From Vitrella brassicaformis CCMP3155 (lineage: Eukaryota > Protista > Chromerida): 64,000 nt of DNA. How positions within the stretch are numbered: the first letter of the stretch is position 1; each line of letters starts with the position of its first letter. Below, piece after piece: positions 34,649-45,181 of this stretch. The notes below the pieces were generated by a model that was given only the letters and a program-made list of their open reading frames with translations, had not been told where the DNA came from and did no database searches. The position numbers and the translations under genes are program-made. The stretch is taken from assembly GCA_001179505.1 (NCBI GenBank), contig CDMY01000316.1, forward strand, positions 1 to 64,000, given 5' to 3'.

Positions 34649-36619
34649 CGCACAGCCGGCATTGCAGCCAGGACAGGTGCTTGTCCATGTCTGACTGATT
34701 TGTCGTGTCTGCCACAGGCTGCTGGTTCAGCGTCCATGACCGTCGGCGAGGAGGGTGCCCTCAGCATGGGGCTCTTGCACGACGTCATAGATAGAGTGGT
34801 GAGCATCAGCACAAGTGCACCCGGCCGTGTGTGGCCAATCTCAATGTGCGACGCTTTTGCTTCTCTGCAGCCTGGTCTCGTTGTTCGCTTCATCGCCTTC
34901 CCCCCGCTCCACCTGGTGATGCAGCTGTCGTGCCACACACGACAAGAGGCAGCCCCGCACCACAGCCACCTCACCATCAGCGCGGCCACGGCGGCCGAGC
35001 GGTCTTTCTGGCGACGACTGCCCCTCACGCTCATCCAGGACCTGGCGGCATGGCTCACACAGCTGACGGCCATCACCCTCCGCTGCCCAGTCCAGATCGC
35101 TGGCTGGTGCCTCGACGTTATGGTGACGATCGTTGAGGGGCACGCCGAGGCGCGACGGGCCAGGGGGATGCACCGAGGGACGCTCACCAGCATCAGCATA
35201 TTCCCTGACGTCCAATTGGCACACAGACAGCGAAGCGCCCTCCGCCAAACCACTCTGGACCGTCCCCCGCCCTTTGTCACACGGCCGACCCTCGACGCCC
35301 TCGCATCCATCACTGGCCTGCAGGACGTCCATGAGTATTCGGTGGCCGAGAGAGGGTGGGACATGCCCTCCTTGGCTGTAGTGGAGCAGGAGGGCTGGAA
35401 CGGCGACACATTGGGGCGATTCATCGTCTCGTCCCGGTGTCTGAAGCGTGTGAGTGGACGACTCCTCCGGCGCCCCTGGGTGGAAGCCTTCAAGGGCATG
35501 CCGGTGGCCGCATGGGGCGAGGCAGGCCCACTGAGCCAGCTGGAGGCCATCGGCACCATCGAGATCACTGGCTCCATTCAGCAACATCTAGACCAACTCC
35601 AGCTAGGATCACCCGGAAACACCCAAAGCAGAGCTTTGCATACACATCTTGTACGCAGGCGACGCTGACATCGCGTGGCTGCCGGAAGCGAATCAAGCAG
35701 CTCGACCTCAGCATGTCGTATCTTTGCACCGTGGACCAGTTCAGCATACCCCATCTGCGCACCATTGACCGGTTCGTAGCTGCCTGCTGCGCGTCGCCCG
35801 ACATCCCAGTCACGTGTTCCAGCCCATGGGCGAGATTCAACCCGATGATCCTGTGCCACGACGGCTTTCCCGCCCATCCGTCCCCCGCCCTCACCTCCGT
35901 CATGAAGCAGATGGCCAAGCAGGCACACGATGTGCGGTTCGACCTCACCACGGCCTCATCCCTCACACCCGCCCCCAAGCAGTCAGCGATCGACCTGGCC
36001 GGGCAGCTGTCCTTCGACAACGCCAAGAGAGTGACGTTCAACAGCACCCATGTCGATCCCAACTCCCCGGTCCGCCGCCCCTCATTCATCGAGCACATGC
36101 AGCCCCTCCCCAAGGCCGATTGGCTGTGCCTGTCCGGCCGTCTGAATGAGGAAGCCAGCAGGTCGCTGGCTTCGAAGATGCCCCAGCAGCTGGATAGGCT
36201 GGAGATCACCAGGATGCCGGTGGGTGATGCGGTGGGCGCCATCCGGGCGCTGGGCAAGGAGCGGGAGGTGGGGTGGGTGGACCTCAGTCAGGTGGTGATG
36301 GACAGAGAGAGATATGGCAGGGCGGATGGCATCGCTCAGCTGGTGGGGGCGGCGGCCGACTTGCCCGTCATCAAGTCACTTGAGCTTCATTTGACGGGTC
36401 AGCGCCACACACAGGACGAAATACACAAGGGATTGTCTCTGTGTCCTTTCAGTTCGTGAGGACCTGGCAGGCAAAGCTGAGGCCGAGTATGTGCGTGGCA
36501 TCCTCTCATCGCTTCTGCAGCAGCTAAGAGGCCTGCGGCGGCTGGAGATGTACCTGCCGGACATTTCCTGTCCGCAGGCCGTGACGGATGGCACGACTGT
36601 CCACGGCTTCCACATTTGA
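34431..36619 (+). CDS. Member of a lineage-expanded LRR-like hypothetical family; one donor site appears defective
   Basis: Long GC3-rich exons: WDMPSLAVVEQEGW, LGRFIVSSRCLKRVSG, GPLSQLEAIGTIEI and RGCRKRIKQLDL. The expected donor at 35603 reads CT instead of GT. The family assignment comes from recognition, not a search. Confidence 0.65.
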
Positions 36620-37403
36620 TGGAGCCGGACCGCTTCGTGGGGGCGGACGCTTACCGCCTGCCAGTATTGAGCAGGTGAGGTGCACCAGTGTCGCTCATTT
36701 GTCGCGTTTCATCACCTGTGTCACTTATCTGACCAGGTGGCCGGCGGCCTGGCCATTGCATCCCCTTGAGACGCTCTGGTGCAGCTGGCTGAGAGGGGAT
36801 TGTGTAGATGACCTGTTGGCTGACGTGTGTACGGATGGTGGGGGGCCCACCAACACGGCGGCCGGCCATGTGTGTAGGAGGAAGGGACGTTGCATCTGAG
36901 CGGGACTGCTGAATGGGTGCACAGGGGGTGATACTATACATACATGCTTACATGTTGATGACCAATACATTGATTGATGCATATCTGTCTGTCCACACGC
37001 CCGTCCCTTTAGCCCGCCACACCCACACACACACACCTACCCACCAGGCATACATTCCCACACACCAATCGAGAAATTGCTCATTCTTAATGTGTCAAAA
37101 GGAACGTCTCCCTGTCTCACACCGCCTGAATCGACGTGTGCTCGGCCTGGCTGTTTGGCCAGCACGAGCAAACACCGACAATTAAGGCCAATGTAAGATG
37201 GAGAGACGCCAGCCAACCACACCTCAGAACACGATGCACGGACAAATGCGGACACCATTTATGAACGCCAGAAAATACCTAACATGTCACAAGCATCAGG
37301 CGAGATCATTGTCACACACACACACACACAGTCCCCTCAAGCTACGATGGAACAGAAACTTGAAATGTCTGAATGTCTACCCCCTTGCCCCCTTCCTCTC
37401 TCG

Positions 37404-39206
37404 TCAGTTGATGCCCAGCGACACGAAATGCCCATCTTTGTCGACGTAGCCCAGCTGCCCCCATCGGAAGTCGCAGTCGGTGTTGCCCAAGTGGCTGTTG
37501 AAGCCCTTGATGATGGACCCCTCCAGGCCATACACGGCTGCCTCGTCCAAACGCGCCCGATGCACCACCTCTCGCACTCCGAGGCGCCTGTGTTGGCCGT
37601 CTTCTCCCCCCTTAATGGCGAAGCACTGCAGTGGCGGCTCGCCCATCGTCGGCCCGCCTTGCTCACCTCCCGTCACGTTCACCACACTCTTCAACCACTG
37701 CAGCAGCCCCTCTCCCGTTCGTCCCTTGCCCATCGCAGTCTTGCCCACCACCTCTCGATTGCTGACCGTCTTGGTGGCGGCCTGGTTGATGACGTGGTCG
37801 ACGGCGGCACCCACGCGGCGCTTGAGAGGCGAGTCGGCGATGAGGAACTCGTCAACGACGGCACGGGCAGCCGACGGGTCGTGAAGGAATGCGCCGATCT
37901 TCCATGCGATGGATATCGCCTCCTGTGGGCCGAATGTCAGGCTGGACGGGGAGGGGTGAGGGTAAGCACCGTCGTGGTGGGGCGCCATTGGCAGCAGACA
38001 GCCGACGCGGACGGCGGTGTCGCGCTGCCGCTTGAGTGCGGCATTGATGGCAATCATCACACGCTGCGGCAGCTCGTTGAGAATCGCCGCATACTCCTCC
38101 AGCACCAGGGACCGCTTGTGCTGCGTCTCTTGGGTGTGCGAGGGCAGCAGGTCGATCGACCCCCCGTGACGCAGCAGGGTGCGGATGCAGCGCTTGGCCT
38201 CGTCGACCCGGTTAGGAAGCATCGTCCACATAGTAAGGCGGACCCCGACGGATTTGCCATGGTAGCGTGTAAGCTTGCTCTTCAGCCCGCTAGCCGCCCA
38301 ATAAAGGGCGGTCCTGACGCCGCCCACATGCAGAAAGCGCCGGTTGACCTCGGTGGAGGGGATGCGGCCGAGTAGATACGTCAGAGCTGTGTGGTTGGAC
38401 GCCCAGGCCGCGCACTGGAGTGGCGTCAGAGGTGTTGCCTCCCCACCGCCTCCACCTTGCTGTCGCTGCGTCAGCGAGGCTCCACGCTCCACCAACATGG
38501 CCAGGTACTGGTCGATCCAGATCTGCGAAATGCTGATGAATGCGACGCGGCAAACGCTCATCACAGTCGTCTTGCCGTCGATGTCCATGTCGGTGGCCAG
38601 GGAGGGGTCGTGCTGCAGCAGACGGGCGGAGATGTTGAAGAGGACGTCTTGCTTCTCGGCTGAGAAGTAGCCGGCGAGCGGCTGGCCGAGCCTGTCGATG
38701 AAGAGGAGAGGGCTGCTGGCGAGGGACGGGTGGCCGCGGACTGCCACATGGTGGCTGAGAAGCACCTCGACGGCCGTCATGTTGAGTGATTCCTTGGCCA
38801 TCTTGATGGGAACGATGGTGTGGTCGTTTCCTCCGTTGACGCTCGCCCCTGCCAAGATGAGCTCATTGAGGATGGCCGCCTGCACCTCCCGCGTTCGCCA
38901 ACGCCACACCGGGCTCGCGGACTTGAGCGGCGGGAAGATGCTGCTGGTATCGATGGCCAGCGAGAGGATGCCGACATGTTGGATGCGGCAGCTGCACGTC
39001 AGGGCGACCAGGACATTGACGTCAGCGCCAAGGCCGATGAGCCGCCGAATGCCGTCGAGACTGATGCTGCGGAGGAAAATGCCGCGAACGAGGGCCCTCG
39101 TGGGCTGAGTCGCGTTGGCGGGCAGGCGAACATCCACGCTGTCGAAGATGACTGACGTCCAAATCCGGTCGGCCACTGATGTGAAAACAAACAGAGAAGC
39201 GTCCAT
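37404..39206 (-). CDS. Intronless ankyrin-repeat protein of a lineage-expanded family
   Basis: Open 630-codon frame with LIGLGADVN, ILAGASVN, LVERGASL and TPLQCAAWASNHTALTYLL. Probable start MDASLFVF at 39206. Confidence 0.85.
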   Translation of the reverse strand: MDASLFVFTSVADRIWTSVIFDSVDVRLPANATQPTRALVRGIFLRSISLDGIRRLIGLGADVNVLVALTCSCRIQHVGILSLAIDTSSIFPPLKSASPVWRWRTREVQAAILNELILAGASVNGGNDHTIVPIKMAKESLNMTAVEVLLSHHVAVRGHPSLASSPLLFIDRLGQPLAGYFSAEKQDVLFNISARLLQHDPSLATDMDIDGKTTVMSVCRVAFISISQIWIDQYLAMLVERGASLTQRQQGGGGGEATPLTPLQCAAWASNHTALTYLLGRIPSTEVNRRFLHVGGVRTALYWAASGLKSKLTRYHGKSVGVRLTMWTMLPNRVDEAKRCIRTLLRHGGSIDLLPSHTQETQHKRSLVLEEYAAILNELPQRVMIAINAALKRQRDTAVRVGCLLPMAPHHDGAYPHPSPSSLTFGPQEAISIAWKIGAFLHDPSAARAVVDEFLIADSPLKRRVGAAVDHVINQAATKTVSNREVVGKTAMGKGRTGEGLLQWLKSVVNVTGGEQGGPTMGEPPLQCFAIKGGEDGQHRRLGVREVVHRARLDEAAVYGLEGSIIKGFNSHLGNTDCDFRWGQLGYVDKDGHFVSLGIN

Positions 39207-39569
39207 CTCCAGTGTCTGACAGGGTTGACAGCGTTGTGGACGCGAGCCGACAGCGCCTACTGACCAGAGAAATGGAAATGAGTGATACAGTATCAAATCG
39301 TCCCATCATTCATTCATTCATCTCAGCCTGACTGCGTCATGGATGCTGCTTACTGGGAGCTTCTCTGACGTCAGCCAAGGCCTCCGCAGCGAGCGAAGAG
39401 AGAGCAGCAGTGACGGCGAATAAGCGGAAACAGCTACCGGAGCCACAGGGCCTTCGTACTCAGGCACGAGCAAGCGGAGCACAGCAGAAGAGCAACGGCG
39501 TGGATCAAACGTTTCACCAAGATCTTCCTTATGCAGCGTTCGCGTTCTCCAAAGTGAATGCCCTCCTCA

Positions 39570-39917
39570 AAGCTCGCAGTACGATCGGGCGATGAAGGAT
39601 GGATATCTGTGACGTTTGAGCGTCGCTGGTGGACGAGCAGGGCATACTCTTGCACCCCATCGACAGCAAAGAGATGCCTTCGTCCGTCGGCGGCAGTATT
39701 GGTTCGGTAGAGGTTGGAGGGCCGTGCTGATGGCCAAACGACACTGCTCGCGCCAAGGAGAGGTAAGGCAGACTGAGAGCGGGATGAATAGCCGCACCCA
39801 AACAGGATGTGCGCTCTCTTTGTTTACAGGAGCATGTAGATGTTGCTTGGTGACGGTGATGGCGCTGAAGACCCACCGCAGCAGACTGCACAGCAGGTGC
39901 CCGTGTGATGCACCCAC
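39570..39917 (+). repeat. Dispersed 5' cassette, copy 2
   Basis: Closely similar to 34262-34648, with a 5-nt deletion in the second exon. Confidence 0.9.
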
Positions 39918-42040
39918 AATACAATCCATTTGCACTGACACACACAATGAATTGATGGGCTGTGGCTGGCGTGTTGTCTGTCTGCATGTGTGATGCCCTG
40001 TCCGTTCTGCAGCAGTCGAATGTGTCTTTGCCGCTGTGGAAGGTGCCGCCCGACACCCTCTCGACCATCCTCAGCCCACTGCTCTGCACGCAGTTCATCA
40101 TCGGCACACTCTCACTCGTCCGCAAGGCCTTCACGACCATCGCCAACGACCCCTCCACACACCACCACGTCCGCATCCAGACTGTCAAGCCCATCCATCT
40201 CACCGACACGCAGCTCCGTGTCTGGTGCCTTCGACTCAGTAAGACCAAGCGTGCGGTGATCACCTGCCCGATGACGGAGAGCATGGTGCGCCTGGTCGAG
40301 GGCATGCGGAACACGCTGACGTTCCTGGAGATGAACGAGCCGGCGTCACGGCTGTGTACCCCGTTCCCAGGAGGCTGTCAGATGAGCGAGAGAGACCGCT
40401 GGTGGACTTTCCGGTGCTTGGCGAGGTGCGGGCGGGCGGCATGTGGGTGCAGGCGGCGCCTCGCAAGCGATGGGCACTCAAGTGAGCGAAGACACGACCC
40501 ACACCAGCCAGGCGCATCTGTGGGCGGGCCTCATATCTCTGGTTTCAGGTCCCTCGTGTCACTGAGCATTCGCGATGGGGATGTCACGCCGCAGTCGTCG
40601 TTTGCCGAGGGTGGTTTCGGTGTGTGGTGGTCCTTCGGGTCATGCCTCCGGTCGCTGGAGTACAACGATAGCGGGTGCACTGCATATGGCGTGCTGCTGG
40701 ATGAGCTGCCGGCGACCTGAAGATACTGCGACTCAGCAGCGAGCGCTTCTGCTTCACCGCCGCCGGCGCACAGCGGATGGCTCAGCGGGGCCTCAGGCTG
40801 GAGGAGGTCGACATCGCCCTGCGTGGGTTGGCATCCACCTCACGTGTCGAGGTACGAGTTCCATTCATGACAGTTCATTCATCAGGCAGATGAAGACAAC
40901 GATGCAGAGACAACACTCTGTGTGTGTGTGTGTGTGTGTGTGCCTATCAAACAGGCGGTGGATGAGGTCTGCAAGTTGTGCCTGGCGCCTGAGGCCAAAG
41001 AGGACTGGAGCAGGAGTGACATTGCTTCGACCTGCGACTGCTGTGGCAGCAGACGGATGATGCCGCTGGTGACACCATCAAGCTGCTGGCCTCCGTCGCC
41101 ACTAGTGTGCACTTTCCCTACTTACTCGACTGCCTTCCAGGCCCCCTCTCCCCTACTCTCCCGCCTCATCCCATCGCTCACCTTTCCTCGAGCACGCTGC
41201 CTGAAGGTCGACGAGTGCAGCCTACCAGAAGGGCCTCCCTATGGCTCGCCTGTGCCTGAGGTGGTCCTGTCTAATGTGTCACACCTGTTTCCACACGTGA
41301 CACGGGCGGAGGTGAGTGATGTGGACGGTGTGTGCTTTGTGTGTGAAGTGAGGTGATGTGTGGCTGTTTCTGTGTGTGTGTTTCAGGAACGCTGCTACAA
41401 CTTCACCTGCTAATCCGGAGTTCCTGACACCAACAGATCCCCCACAGAAAGACCGACAGACAGCCCCCCCCCCCCCAGACTGACCCAACAGAAAGACCCC
41501 ACAAAGAGAGGAAGACCCCACAAAGACAAACAGACTAAACAGGCTGACCCCCGTGTATGATCGGACGAATGCTGACGACTGCATGCGTGACAGACACCAC
41601 ACCGTTGCATGGACGTTGGAAGGTCTATCCCTGATTCAGTCGGTCATGGTGTTGTGTGGTGACAGCGGGGCACGGCACTCGCTATGAAGCCAGTAGAGAG
41701 CCTCGTACTGCCTTTCATCGAGGTGGTCGAGGAGCCGATTGAGCACTTGCTGCAGCTAGACAGGATCGTTGTGGGCATCACTCTGGAGGGGGAGGGGTGG
41801 GAGGGGGTTCTAGGCAGTGACATTGCCACCGCGCTGCAAGAGCACCGGACGCCCCATCCTGACCCAGCGGATGGGCGTCGGCTGCCCTTTTACGTCTGGC
41901 TGCGCGAGTCAGGCTTTGAGATGGTCGAGCTGCCCCGGCTGGCCTTCGACTGTCGCGTAGAGGTCCACCGGATCGGTTTTGTCGATGAGCCGATGCAGCG
42001 ACGGATCACTGACTACTTCTCTGCTTCTCACAGCCAGTGA
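39730..42040 (+). pseudogene. Frameshifted F-box-like/LRR-like family member with a C-terminal PIP box
   Basis: Paralogous to 54359-56467 (KPIHL..Q...W, AV..CP.T, CLA..A.EDW). Alignment to that paralog needs frameshifts near 39840, 40360 and 40710, plus later lesions. Confidence 0.75.
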
Positions 42041-42411
42041 TGAGACAGACACAGGCAGGGGGAGGGAGGGAGCGAGGAGGCTGTACAGATGGTGGGGGTC
42101 CCGGCCTCCTCGTACATGGGTTGTCTAAGCGAACGGTACACCACCCGCCAGCAGCAGCAGGCCTGCAGGTGGCCGGATGATGCACCAATCGCTGGACACG
42201 CACAAGTGCAGTTTGCTCACATCAATTGGCTCTTCGGTCTCGTGTGAATCTCACGTTTGCCTCATCGCGCATCAACCGACGTGGACACGTCCGAAACCGA
42301 AAGAGAAAGACGTCACCAGAAAAGCAAAGGCAGGCCAAACGGAGACACTGTCTGCACAAAAAATCAGTTATGTCTACACGCACCGTCGCAAACAGTAGAC
42401 GGGATAACGAC

Positions 42412-42446
<35 letters not shown>

Positions 42447-42635
42447 GGCAGGCAGGCAGACAGACAGACAGACAGACAGACAGAGACACAGAGAGACAAC
42501 TTGAAGGGGCAGCCAGCCAGCATTCTCACTCCTGGCCAATGGCCATCTGCCAACCGTTGGTTGGCAAAACCCCAACGGCTGCTTCCTTTCTTGCCGGAAT
42601 CTCGCGCGAAGCCTCGCCTCGCCGAAAGCATCATC

Positions 42636-43921
42636 ATGTCAGTGGTCGCCCTCGCCGCTGTGTGCCTCGGCCTCTACACCGTACGCCGTGCTGACGGCCA
42701 AGAAGATTGCTTCAAAACAAATATTTGTAGGTGTACGCAGGCCACACGGCACAACAGCAACACACGACTTATCCGCCCTTGCGTGTGTTGCTGTTGCCTT
42801 CGTGCAGGCGTGATAGCCGGCGACACCTTTGCCCGTCCCGAAGGTGATGTGGTGGCAGCCGACGACCTGATTGCCAGGGACGATCTGGTTGCCGATGACG
42901 ATGTGGTTGCCAAGGACGATCTGCGAGTTTTTGGTGACGAGGTGCGGGCCCTAAATGCGGAAGTTAGAGCCAGAAGTAAGCAACAAGCAGCGAGTCCTGT
43001 CGCCCGCTTGTGGACGTGCTTGTCTTCCAGGCGTGACTGTCGGTTATCCTGACATTACCCTCTTCTGGTCCGCTCTTGGCGAGGATGGCGAAGTCGTGGC
43101 AGAGAGCGTCGTATCCGCCCCTCGCATCCGTTCGTATAACGATCCATTAAGAGCTCAGTCACCCGCCCTTTTCAGAGAGCGTCTGAGCGTGATGGACGGG
43201 GGGGACATTTCGGCGGGGAACAGCATCACTGTCGGCAGGCCTGACCCTGACCTGAGGCCAGGCATAACTCGCGGAGAGGGCAACATCGTGGCACAGAACA
43301 CCGTTCTGGCCCAGGACATCTCTGCGCTTGGAACCATCAGCGGAGAAGACGGGTGCAGCTGCGGCGGGCTGACTATTCCAGGGGACGTTGAGCTGAGCGC
43401 CACCGACAACCAGCCGCCGGCAAGCTTCGCAGAGTGGGGCGGGAGGAACCGATCATCTGCTTACGAGGCCTTCAGGCAGCTGCCTGTCCACACCAACCCA
43501 CACAACAGGCTGACGCTGGCCGCCCAGGACGTCAGCCGCCTCTTCCCATCGGCAGTGGGGGCTTACGAAGACAATCATCAGCCGAAGAAGGGCGGCAAGG
43601 GGCGGCCGACGAAGCGCACGACCATCGATCTGACCCAGCTAATCTTCACGCAGATGTCCGTCATCCAAGACCTCCAGGCCCGTGCGTCTGTCATCCCTGA
43701 CCTCCAGGCCCGCATCGCCCGTCTGGAGAATGCGCTTGGCGGACACCAGGGTAGCATCAAGGCACACACAATAGCCAAAGGAGCTCACGTGTCTGTCTGT
43801 CTGTCTGTCTGTCTGTGTCTGTGTCTGTGTCTTTGTGGTTGGTGCAGGCCGAGGCGGCAAGAAGGGCAAGGGCGCCGGTGGCCCACCCTCAGTTGCTGGC
43901 GGGAAGGGCGGCAACAAGTGA
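42636..43921 (+). CDS. Secreted phage-tail-fibre-like beta-helix protein with a C-terminal Peptidase_S74/intramolecular-chaperone-like domain, 4 exons
   Basis: Signal peptide MSVVALAAVCLGLYTVRRADG. Six-residue repeats GDVVAA-DDLIAR-DDLVAD-DDVVAK-DDLRVF. ICD-like LAAQDVSRLFPSAV...TIDLTQLIFTQMSVIQDLQAR..IARLE. All three introns phase 1. Confidence 0.75.
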
Positions 43922-45181
43922 GATGTCTATGTGTCTGAGTGAGTGAGTGATGAGTGAGTGTGTATACATACCCTTTCTGTGTTCACAAGTGCGCACTTGT
44001 ATTGCATTGTATGTTATGGTATGGATCGTGTGGTGAGACAGAAGCGCTTTTCTCTGATGCCCTGACTGACTGGAGAGAGAGGCGAACCAATGGAGGGAGG
44101 GGGGCCTGGTTTGCCTGGGCTCATCACGAGTCTGTGTGTCTGTGTGTCGACATAGTTGTGTGAGTGCCGCTGTACACTTCATATGTACTGGACGGCAGCT
44201 GTCCGTGTCCTTGTCCGGCGGGAGAGATAGGTGCGTGCAGTGCTAGGTCATCCATCGCAGAGAGGGCAGCGAGGAGGGGGGCGGGACCTGCGTATGCGGT
44301 GAGTCTAAGCATCTCTTGGGGTGTCTCTAGATCATTTATTTGTCTGCCAATGTGCACATCCTACTCGTATATTTGTGCCGCTGGCTGCATCCATCGCATG
44401 TGTGTCGGCTCACGAATCAATCGCATGGGACAGAATTCTCCTCCGTCTTGGCTGAAGGGAGAGGCAAGGGGAGAGGAAGATGGTAAGGGCAAGGTCGGTG
44501 CCATGCCGACATTCGGCCGTGGCATGGCAACTTGGCGGCATTGCCCACCTTGTTCGCGCATGGGTTGCTCTGAATTTCGGTATGCATTCAGTTTGATTGT
44601 GGACGTGTGGTTCGGTCGGGTTGTAGTTTATGTGTGTCCACAGACAGCAGTGATTCGTGTGTATGCGTGGCGGGTGCCGGTGGCCTGCCTTCTCTCTCCA
44701 CCCTGATCAATTTGTTTTGCCTTTTGGCTGTGTGTGTGGTGTGGGGAAGTAGGGCCTGCCTGCTGCCATTGACCTGCGTGTGTGTGCGGTTGCTGCAGTC
44801 AGTGTGCAGACGTCGTGTGGTGACTGTGTGCGCATTCGTGAGTACAAGTGCACCAAGCCGCCAAATGGTTCTGTCCACTCATGCCACACAAGTCTCATGC
44901 TACGTCCCGTGATGAGTACGCTCAACACAGAGAGAGACAGAGGGAGAGAGACATCCTGTGATGAGTACGGGGGAATTTGTTACGGGGTCTGCACCGAGCC
45001 CATAAATCAAGAGCATTCCCAACGTCAATCCATCCACCCGTCCCTCGCAAAATCCAAGTATACAGACAACCGCACTCATCAATCAAAAGACACACGAGTC
45101 GCCAGTACACACCATAACAGCAACGGCCGGATGTACGGATGCCTTGGTGACGGGCCTGTCTGTCTGTCTGTCTGTCAGCTC

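Noticed and set aside
34225-38375. Long ORFs antisense to real exons (34225-35577 -, 35565-36257 -, 37284-38375 +, also 14384-15232 +)
   Set aside because: These are shadow frames expected from GC3-rich coding sequence, with no motifs of their own.
39410-39595. IS630/Tc1-like transposase remnant (AFSKVNALLKA resembles AFSKLKALLRKA)
   Set aside because: The match is only about 11 residues, with no DDE motifs or TIRs. The region is better explained as a promoter between divergent genes.
44124-44561. Two same-frame minus-strand ORFs split by a TAG, as a gene relic
   Set aside because: No recognisable motif, splice structure or paralog in the window.
44905-44975. Repeated gtgatgagtac as a hammerhead ribozyme core or C/D snoRNA box
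   Set aside because: No CUGAUGA/GAAA pairing with flanking stems or matching D box could be built.
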